A stretch of DNA of 64,000 nt from contig CATNEN010000037.1 in the NCBI GenBank assembly GCA_950097015.1, positions 1,984,001-2,048,000 of the forward strand, given 5' to 3'. The notes under the pieces were generated by a model. The model saw only the letters and a list, made by a program, of their open reading frames with translations. It had not been told where the DNA came from and ran no database searches. Position 1 is the stretch's first letter. Each line of letters begins with the position of its first letter. The translations under genes and the position numbers were made by a program. Shown piece by piece: positions 39,721 through 49,432 of the stretch. The DNA comes from Macrostomum hystrix. Its lineage: Eukaryota; Animalia; Platyhelminthes.

Positions 39721-42115
39721 GGCATCTTGTTACTATGTCACTATAAAAAGGAAATTTCAGCGATTCAAAGGATTTTATAGTCCTGCGATTGACCAGTACT
39801 TTAAATAAAACCTAAATGAGTTTTTATGTATTTGTTTTTTCAAAGTGGCAACTTAATCAATAGTGAAACAATGTTTTCTCTGTTTATCAGGCATTCTACG
39901 AGTATATTCAAGCAAATTTAGCCTTCACATAGTATTGCTTTCACAAGTCACTAGGCCTTGGTACATTAACCTGCGCACGCACCTTAGGGTTGCATTGTGG
40001 CGCACTTGTTCTATTCCTTATTGTTACATTATGCGGTATAGATTATAAGACACCGTGATAACCCAACCCAATAAATGTAAGTAAATATGTCAAAACATAA
40101 TGAATTTGACTTTATCCAGACCACTAGTGTTGGGCCAGTTTGTCGCACGTAACAGTTAAGCTTAAAGTTCAACCTAAATAATGTTGTTAATTTTTCTCTT
40201 TCTTGTGTCGCCTTTTTTAGTTCATTTCTTTGCCTATGATTTGTTCTGAATTACAAAAAATATACTGTACTCATCCGATTACTATTGCGTTCAACTGTCA
40301 ATAACAAACATGCGACTATTTTGTTTACAAAATCCTGTGAACATAAATACGAGTATGTTTTGTTATTTTTCAAAGCCCTAATCCGCCCAACCTGACTAAA
40401 CTGTGGCATCGGATTGCTTAGAATAGTAATGTTTAATAATATAAACTCGTTTATGAAAATGCTTCAGATGTACTCAAAATTTCAGTGACATAATACAAAT
40501 ACAAGAAAAGCTTGTACACTTTGTACACTTGTCTACCTTCCATTCTTTATTTCGTGCTAACTGAGACATTTAGCTAATAATATAGATGAGCCTTAAACCG
40601 CTCCCAACGAATATAGTCGTGGCACTTTAGCAAATAGGTATCGTATCTTGCCTTCGTTACTTAGCCTGTACAGAAAATTACGAGTAAATATATCCCTGCT
40701 CTTCTAGGAAGCGATTCACCCTCATTTGTCTTTCAGTCTTCGCTTTTTTAGATCCGGATCTCTTTTGCTTCTTTATTCCTCAATAAATATTTTTCCTTGT
40801 TCTAATATTTAGAACGTATTCTACGGTACTATTTAGTACTCTCTTTTATTATTTCCTGGAAGCCTTGCATGCATGTTTAAGCTTATAGATGTATCTTTTT
40901 ATAAGCGTTTGTTCCCCCCCTAGCCCAATTTCTTTATAATATTTTAGTAGCAGTTTTTTTCTGTTTTATTATTAGTTTTATCTACCTGTGCTATCGGGGG
41001 AGCCAATCTTTCGTATAAGCAATAAAATGTCAATTAACGGCGCACCTCGATCATATTTGTAGTTCACGGCTGCGCTATAGGTTTCATATCGAAGAGAATA
41101 TCGTGGCTTACTTTAATATTGATAGGAGCAATGTACAAACAACATGTACATTACATCCTACGCCAACCTCACTCCCCACCGTGCTGTCCAATCAGAGCTT
41201 GCTATGTATGCTGTTTTTATATATACTAACAAAATACAGTCTTTGACAGTCTATAACTTTTGTCTGGCGACGTTTTTTAAATAAGCTAACGCAGTTTCCC
41301 TTAACTCGTTATTTATCTGCTAATTTTATAATTATATAATTCATTTTCTTATTTGCTATCGCCGCAAATAAAACCAGCCCCATACCTGCGCATGCACTCA
41401 TGCAGTTAGTCTCTGGAAGAAAATGTCGAATGATTAGAGCAGATCTAACTGGCTCCGCCAACCAAAGGGCAGCATGGGCGGCTGTTGCCCTTCTTCAAAC
41501 TAAGTTGGCGCTGTATTTTACCGACTGGCGGACAAGAGGTGGTCAAGGCAAGCCGGCTTGAAAGTTTGCCTGCTCGTTCCAAATCTTTCCGCTTCTTCAT
41601 TTTTTACCTTTCCGCGCATTTGATTTAACAAAGGCCGAATTTGCAGGTAGCGGGCCAGTTGGACCAGAACTTGCTCTTGCTTATTGAACAATTGTCAGAT
41701 GGAGCTAAAAATAGGCCGGTAGCGCAGCGCGTCGTAGTACTGAAGTAGGACTCGTGCACGAGTTAGCACACGCTCGCGAAGCGCATTGTATTAGAAGATA
41801 GGAGCAGCCCTTGACTTGCGTTGCATTTGTGCTCTCTACCGATTGGCGCTGCTGGGACAGGCTCGCGCTCGACTGGTCTGGAGGCGGCTGTCCAATTTTT
41901 TCGATTGCAAAAACGAATACGGCTCGTATTTGAAGGCGAAAATGCATCAAAGGGCGCCAGGTTAACTATAGCTTGGGCGTGGTCCGCTAGCTTCTGTTGA
42001 AAGATCAAACAGAGTATTGTCTATTTATTGCTTATTTCGCGCTTTTTTGAATAAGCAATTATTATAGTCTCGGACGAGCCTCGCGCTTTTTGCGCCTTCT
42101 GCGGGCAGCTAGAGA

Positions 42116-43180
42116 ATGTTAAAGGCGGTGATGAGCAGAGAGCGACCATCGCTGCTAGCCATGATTCAACTGGCTGTTGGTCACGTCTTGTTCGGCGAAG
42201 CTGACTCGCCCATGCGCGATCTTCTCATTTCGGACTTCCGTGCCACGCGCACTTACCAGTTCCGATCGACTGGCGGTCCGAATACGCCAGCTCATGGCGC
42301 AGCAGATTTCTCTTTAAAGTGTTACGCCTCCACCGCTTTTCGTCACCTGCGCCGGCTTTACTCTAGGAGCTGTAGCGGCCAATTCGGCGTGGACTTCGAT
42401 CAGTTTTCGCACTCTATTCGCGACGGTATTGTCGCTGCCGCGGCTAACTCCGGCCTACTTGGTCGCACAGCCGACAATCGCTTTATGTTTAAGTCGGTGC
42501 GCCGCCAAGAGGCCAGACGGCTTTTGCGCCTTCTGCAGCAGTACTATCTTATCCTAACCCAGAAGTCACCAACTTTGTTGCCTCGTTATTGCGGCCTCTT
42601 CCGCCTACGTTGTGGCCTACGGCGCCTTCGCTTTGTTGCCATTGCTAATTGCATGCTTCCGCTCCACACTACAGACACTATGGAGCTGTACGACCTGAAA
42701 GGCTCCACTTACAAGAGGCGCGCATGTCCAGTGGAACGGTCCTATCCTTGTCCGTTGCTTAAAGACTTGGACTTTCGCGAGAATCGCCGCTTTGGTCTTT
42801 GGCTGACAGCGCCTGCCTACGATGAAGTCACCGAAGCTCTGGCGAGTGACTGTATGGCTCTCCGTTCCTATGGACTCACCAATTACAGTCTCCAGATTGG
42901 TATTGTTCAGTACTCAGACTCAGTCGCAGTAAGCACCATCAAAAATGATAGCTCATATTGGCTTCTTACAGCTAGAAATGGCCATTCTGGCGAACGTGTC
43001 TTGATCTGCATCGGCTTAATTGATGTTTTACAGAGCTATTCGTTGGCCAGATGCTTGGGACATGCACTTTGGTCTCTAGTCGCCGATGGTACTTCAGTTA
43101 GCGTTGTGGAGCCGAACTTTTATGCGGAACGGTGTCAACAGTTTGTTCGCAGTTGCGTTATTCATCGCGAAACTGACTGA
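42116..43180 (+). CDS. Divergent type I phosphatidylinositol-4-phosphate 5-kinase-like protein, 354 aa, intronless, probable pseudokinase
   Basis: Colinear PIP5K motifs: MIQLAVGH, RDLLISDF, TPAH..DFSLKCYA, TLLPRYCGL, YDLKGSTYKRRA, LKDLDF, IGLIDVLQSY, VSVVEPNFYAER. The catalytic MDYSL reads TNYSL. Confidence 0.88.
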   Translation: MLKAVMSRERPSLLAMIQLAVGHVLFGEADSPMRDLLISDFRATRTYQFRSTGGPNTPAHGAADFSLKCYASTAFRHLRRLYSRSCSGQFGVDFDQFSHSIRDGIVAAAANSGLLGRTADNRFMFKSVRRQEARRLLRLLQQYYLILTQKSPTLLPRYCGLFRLRCGLRRLRFVAIANCMLPLHTTDTMELYDLKGSTYKRRACPVERSYPCPLLKDLDFRENRRFGLWLTAPAYDEVTEALASDCMALRSYGLTNYSLQIGIVQYSDSVAVSTIKNDSSYWLLTARNGHSGERVLICIGLIDVLQSYSLARCLGHALWSLVADGTSVSVVEPNFYAERCQQFVRSCVIHRETD

Positions 43181-44740
43181 TTTAATGAATAATGAAGTTA
43201 CTTAAAACGCATCAAACCTATGAAGAAAACTATGAGTTTTATTTGACAGCTTTTTAGGTTTTGTATAGTTACATCCTGCATTGATTGAAAATCCGCATGC
43301 AAAGCATTCAGGTCATGGAATTGTTGCCACATGCCTGTATTTAAACGATCCATCACTAAATTGCTCAGATTGAGACATCCATTTTTATCGTGTGTGCGTA
43401 TTACCCAGTTCTCTAATCACAGAAAAGTCAAGTTAAAGTACACTTATCGGCTTGCTTTGATGCAGCATGCAAACTGAATACAAGCGAACCGGCTACCTAC
43501 GTTTCTATTTTAAATGTGTCATGTTCATTTGTGCCAACCTATAGTTAATCCCCATCTGCTTCACATCTCATGAAAACTTGATTGGAAGTCTGAACTTTTA
43601 CTAATAAGTCCTTTCTATATAGTGAAACTTATTAGTTGCACGTGCCAGTTAAAGGCGTAGGTACTCATTACAATGTCATGCTGCATTTCTTGCTCGCTAG
43701 TTCTAGTCATTCTTTCGCCTAACCAATTGAAAGAGTTATTAATGTTTAGGCCAAGGCTTGAGCCCGCTGCTCATAGTTTTGGTCTACTTAAAACTCTATC
43801 CATTTATTATGGAAATTTTTTTCTCTTTATCTATAAACGATATCCCACTTTCACATGAATATTCCTATATGAGTAGTATTTTTTAGTTTGCGTGCCTCTA
43901 TGCGCATGTGTGACAGCTAGCTTTACGAGGTTGACAGTGGGCACACGCGAGCGCAGAAAATTAGCAAAAGTGCACAGTCAGACAGCTACAAGCTATGAAG
44001 GCTGGAGAGGCTGCATTTGCGGCCCTGTTCAATCATTGTGCTTTCTTTGGAACAGTCCGCTTTTGAGGCTAAGCATCTATTTCTTCTTATTATTTTTCCC
44101 TTGTCCTTTTCTGTTTCAATTTGTGCTCTAAACAAGCACTGCTTGCGACTAAGCATTTCCTGGGCAAAATTTGTTTTAGCTGTCTTAAGGCTCACTCACA
44201 GCTCGCGTGTGCCTGCCCGCCCAGTTCGGCGATTTCAGTATAGTTTCTAATAAGAAAGAATCATAAAAACAGGACTAAGAGATTTCCATCTTGCAATCTT
44301 GCCAGTCACATCGCTGCATAGCTTCCGGCCTCCCCAGGGTGTCATAATCTGAATTTCTATGCTAAACCGGACCTAATTAAAGAAGCGAACTATTTTGCGT
44401 ATCCGCCTACATTCAGCTTTTGCATCTTATTAATTACTTCAACTGTTTCTCGTAACCTATTCCGATTCCGGGACCCGACTGTTAAGAACATATGCTAGCT
44501 TGGTGAAATTAATAGCAGAACGCACTACATAACTTCACTTCAAAAGGATGAAGCGATTTTTGTCGCTTATTACTTCTTACTCTCCCATGACTACTATATC
44601 ATAGCGATATTCAGGATGCTACTTATTAGTAGCGAGTTAACACGAAATGGTGCTCAACAATCCACTATAAATTAACTACAGATTTTACTACTTTTATATT
44701 TCAATTTTTGGCGTTTTCTTCGATCGGAGCATAGACTCAA

Positions 44741-47700
44741 ATGGCGGTCAGCCATCCTAGTTCTGACCAATGCGGCGAGTTGCAGACCCATCTGCACCCG
44801 GCCTTTAGTCTGACATTTCGCAAGCCAGACAGGCTAAAAGTTATAACCAACTGTGGCAACCGTCCTATGCGCCTCATTGAGAACACTGTGCTCAGCGCCT
44901 ATTTGCCCGGTCTGACCTCTGTGAAGGTTAAAAGGCCCGACCAGGTTAGTTAAATAACTATTGATCCGTTTTTTGTAGATCAGACTTAAGCTTCGCCTTT
45001 TATTACATTTTGGATTAAGATCCCATCCTTATCTTCTTCATTTTCTTAAGGTTCTCCTTTCCTAATTCGCAAGCCGAGCCTCATCTTCTCATTTTCGATA
45101 TCTCGAAGTTTCCCCTTTCCTGATCCCAAAGCTGAGCCGCATCTTACCATTTTCCAAATCCCTAACTTCCCCTTTCCTGATCCCAAAGCTGAGCCGCATC
45201 TTACCATTTTCCAAATCCCTAACTTCCCCTTTCCTGATCCCAAAGCTGAGCCGCATCTTATACCATTTTCCAAATCCCTAACTTCCCCTTTCCTGATCCC
45301 AAAGCTGAGCCGCATCTTACCATTTTCCAAATCCCTAACTTCCCCTTTCCTGATCCCAAAGCTGAGCCGCATCTTACCATTTTCCAAATCCCTAACTTCC
45401 CCTTTCCTGATCCCAAAGCTGAGCCGCATCTTACCATTTTCCAAATCCCTAACTTCCCCTTTCCTGATCCCAAAGCTGAGCCGCATCTTACCATTTTCCA
45501 AATCCCTAACTTCCCCTTTCCTGATCCCAAAGCTGAGCCGCATCTTTCCATTATCCAAATCCCTAACTTCCCCTTTCCTGATCCCAAAGCTGAGCCGCAT
45601 CTTACCATTTTCCAAATCCCTAACTTCCCCTTTCCTGATCCCAAAGCTGAGCCGCATCTTACCATTTTCCAAATCCCTAACTTCCCCTTTCCAGATCCTC
45701 AGGCTGAGCCTCAGCTTCCTCGTATTTAAGAAATCGAAAAGTTTTCTCTTTTCTAATCCTTAATCCATCCTAGATCCTCAAGTGGATCGGTTTCTTCTAG
45801 TACGCTGGTACCTAGCTGAGATTATAAATCCGATGTGACAATAGTATGGAACTCCACCATCTATAGTTGTGTTTACTAATCCTGGTCGCCAAATCCAGGC
45901 TTGGACTCTGAAGCTGCAGCACAGTCCGTTCTCTCGAGGAGCACCCAGCGACGACGCTGTGGCGGCCCGCGAGTTAGCCTGCGAACTGCTCCAGGCCGCC
46001 TGGCGCACTGGATGGAGCCTGGCCGCTGCCCCCATTGTCAACAATGTCCGCGACGCTTCCACTTGGTTTTTTAGCCGACGACCGAATGCCGACACTGTGG
46101 ACGCTGATGTGGATGTGAGCCGGTACCGCTGCTGTTGCGTCATGCTGACGCAGAGTAACGGCATTCGTTTCGTCCGCTACCCGCCAGGCTTGTTAGAATC
46201 GACGGCCGAACTTATTGGCAGCATGTGGCCAGCCGGTGTTATTCAGGGCGCCAGCCAGGACCTGCGGCTCAGCGGCAGTCCATGGTCGGCTAAAAAGTCC
46301 GAGGGCACAGCCGCCAGGCGCCTGCTGCTGCGCCTCATAGAGTTTGTACAGCACAATGGCTGGCAACTGCTGGCTAGCGCTAGGGTTAAGGATAGCTGCG
46401 ATTCCTTCTACTTTTGCAGCTCTGGGGACCCTGGCAACGGCGGTGTTGGTGAGAACTGGCCTCCATTAGGAGTAGTAGTTGCTGGTCATGGCATGGTGTG
46501 TTGATTGCTAGGCATTGTATCCTGACTTGTGGGTTGGTTGCTAGGCATTGTATCCTGCATGGTGTGTTGGTTGCTAGGCCTAGTATCTTGCATGGTGTGT
46601 TGGTTGCTAGGCATTGTATCCTGCATGGTGTGTTGGTTGCTAGGCATGGTAGCCTGCATGGTGTGTTGGTTGCTAGGCCTAGTATCTTGCATGGTGTGTT
46701 GGTTGCTAGGCATTGTATCCAACCTACTATCGCATTAGTTTCGAAGAGCATTCATGTGTCGAAGGAATCGAAGGACGAATCGTAGGAAGGCTCCTATCCC
46801 CAAGGTGGCTCTAATTTCTTGTCTCGCAGGCCATCCCGGAGCTCTCGGCTTACAGGGCAGTCACTTGATGCTGCTCTCGCTGCACGACAAGCAGAGCGTC
46901 CGCTTGGAAGGCGGCACAGCGGAGTCAGAAGGGCAATGGCTAGCGGGCACTCTAAACCGGCTGTGGCACCGGGGTGTGCAGTCTAGCGGTAGCTACTACG
47001 GCTCCTTTGACATTCGCTTAGCTGGTTCGCCCTGGCTGCCAACTGATCGGGACACCAAGAACTACAGCCGCCAACTGATTGGCCGCCTGTTAGGCGAGCT
47101 GCGGACTCGCGGCTGGCGCGTCCTGCACAGCCTAGACACTCAGCGACGCATCGTTGTGAAAAGCGCCTTCCTGTTTGGTAGGGCGCCTCCAGAGCCAGCG
47201 CCTGTGCCGCACTGCTGCTTCTGGACTAGCGTGCCAGATCGCCTGAGCTTCATTGACCTGCCCGAGAGCCTTCTGGGTTCGGCGATCGCCGTTGCGCATG
47301 CCAGCGGACAGGTGGTCTCTCAGAAGGCCAGGTAAACCTAAGAACTGGGTTTATTAACTATTTTTGTAACCCCTCCCTAATCAGCTGTTATCCCAATTAG
47401 CTGTTATCCCAAATCAGCTGTTATCCCCAATCAGCTGTTATCCCCAATCAGCTGTTATCCCCAATCAGCTGTTATCCCCAATCAGCTTTTATCCCCAATC
47501 AGCTGTTACACCCAATCAGCTGTTATCCCCAATCAGCTGTTATACTCAATCAGCTGTTATCCCCTCGCCAATCAGCTTTTATCCCCTCTCACTCCAACCC
47601 CACTCCAATTTTCCCCCAACCCCATGCCCTGTGCCCTCATTCCCAACCATCTGTCACCAATCAGAATTGTCCTCTTTCGCAGAAGCGGCGCCTTCGAGTT

Positions 47701-48001
47701 AAAATTTCGCGGCTCAAGAGCCTGCGGCAAGCTGGAGTGGCGCCGCATGCTGTCCGACCTTCTAACTGAATTCCTTGTCTCTGGCTGGAGCTTAGCCTGC
47801 ACCGGCAATGTGTCCGGCAGGTACTATTCCGACGATTCCAATAGCTATTCGCTTGAGGTGCACAGCTGGTGGTTTGCCCAGCTCAGCCCAATGGAATCGA
47901 AGGCATTGGAAGCTTCGGCTATCGGCTATTCGTCAGAGATGGGCGATAAGAAACTGTCGCCTCTGCAGCCGCCCTCATACGACTCGCTGTTCGGTACTTA
48001 G
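44741..48001 (+). CDS. Uncharacterised 524-aa protein with four tandem 100-120-aa repeat domains; exons 44741-44944, 45899-46448, 46830-47331, 47683-48001
   Basis: GT-AG junctions are phase-compatible (0, 1, 2) and give a 1575-nt ORF. Recurring pattern (D/N)xIRF...W..G...(F/L)xLxGxPW...RxLLxxLL...GWxL; C-terminal PPSY. Confidence 0.8.
45105..45715. repeat. 57-bp minisatellite in intron 1 of the four-repeat gene
   Basis: About 10 copies of TTCCCCTTTCCTGATCCCAAAGCTGAGCCGCATCTTACCATTTTCCAAATCCCTAAC. Confidence 0.95.
46497..46722. repeat. 33-bp minisatellite in intron 2 of the four-repeat gene
   Basis: Copies of TGGTGTGTTGGTTGCTAGGCATTGTATCCTGCA. Confidence 0.92.
47380..47590. repeat. 17-bp minisatellite in intron 3 of the four-repeat gene (AATCAGCTGTTATCCCC)
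   Basis: Direct tandem copies. Confidence 0.92.
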
Positions 48002-48439
48002 GCATGGAATTCCTGAGCGTTGGCGTTAGACTCTTTTTTCTAAAAAGGTCCTCCAGAATTTACTGTTCATGGCCACTACTTAGCTGGTGGAATGGAATAC
48101 TCGCGCACTAGTCTGTACTAGAGCATCAGTAAATTGTGCAACAAATTTTCTTCCTAAGAACCTATTTTTATAACATTCCCAGGCGTTGGTTGTACTAAGA
48201 ACACTACTAAGAGCGAATTAGTTAATACTTACTCGGGTTGAGTAATAAAAGTTTTTCCATGTTCGCCTTGTTATGAGTTTCGTTTTTTCCCGAGACTTTT
48301 GAACGTTTTTTAAACTGTTTTAAATCAATAAAACGTGTTTTCTCTTATTATATTTTTACATTTAATAATGCAATCAAAATATTCTGTTCTCGTGACTCTG
48401 ACTTTAATTATTTCTCCTGCTTCTATACCAATAAGACCT

Positions 48440-49335
48440 ATTCCCGTTCCTTCACATCGCTTCACACCCCAGTCCAATTCCCATCCCTTGACAGGTCCCA
48501 TTCCCATCCCTTAACAAGCCCCATTCCCATCCCTTCACACCCCAGTCCCATTCCCATCCCTTCACACACCAGTCCCATTCCCATCCCTTCACACCCAAGT
48601 CCCATTCCCATCCCTTCACACCCAAGTCCCATTCCCATCCCTTGACAGGTCCCATTCCCATCCCTTAACAAGCCCCATTCCCATTCCTTGACACCCCACT
48701 CCCATTCCCATCCCCTTCACACCCCAGTCCTAATCTCATCCCTTCACACCCCAGTCCCATTCCCATCCCTTCACACCCCAGTCCCATTCCCATCGCTTCA
48801 CACCCAAGTCCCATTCCCATCCCTTCACACCCAAGTCCCATTCCCATCCCTTCACACCCAAGTCCCATTCCCATCCCTTCACACCCAAGTCCAATTCCCA
48901 TCCCTTGACAGGTCCCATTCCCATCCCTTAACAAGCCCCATTCCCATTCCTTGACACCCCACTCCCATTCCCATCCCCTTCACACCCCAGTCCTAATCTC
49001 ATCCCTTCACACCCCAGTCCCATTCCCATCCCTTCACACCCCAGTCCCATTCCCATCGCTTCACACCCCAGTCCCATTCCCATCCCTTCACACCCCAGTC
49101 CCATTTCCATCCCTTCACACCCCAGTCCCATTCCCATCCCTTCACACCCCAGTCCTATTCCCATCCCTTCACACCCCAGTCCCATTCCCATCCCTTCACA
49201 CCCCAGTCCTATTCTCATCCCTTCACACCCCAGTCCCATTCCCATCCCTTCACACCCCAGTCCCATTCCCATCCCTTCACACCTCAGTCCCATTCCCATC
49301 CCTTCACACCCCAGTCCTATTCCCATCCCTTCACG
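48440..49335. repeat. 27-bp C-rich minisatellite (CCCCAGTCCCATTCCCATCCCTTCACA) upstream of TAB1
   Basis: Direct tandem copies plus a 263-bp higher-order duplication (48688 and 48951). Confidence 0.95.
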
Positions 49336-49432
49336 GAAGCATCCCAATCTCACCACTAAAAATAAGATATCTGCGCCCATAAATGACAAGTGCTTGCCCA
49401 CTTGTCCCACAGACACTGGTGTCACAGTCGCC

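Noticed and set aside
45774-45800. Alternative acceptor (CCTAG at 45773) for exon 2 of the four-repeat gene
   Set aside because: It hits an in-frame TAG after 8 codons; the acceptor at 45898 keeps the frame.
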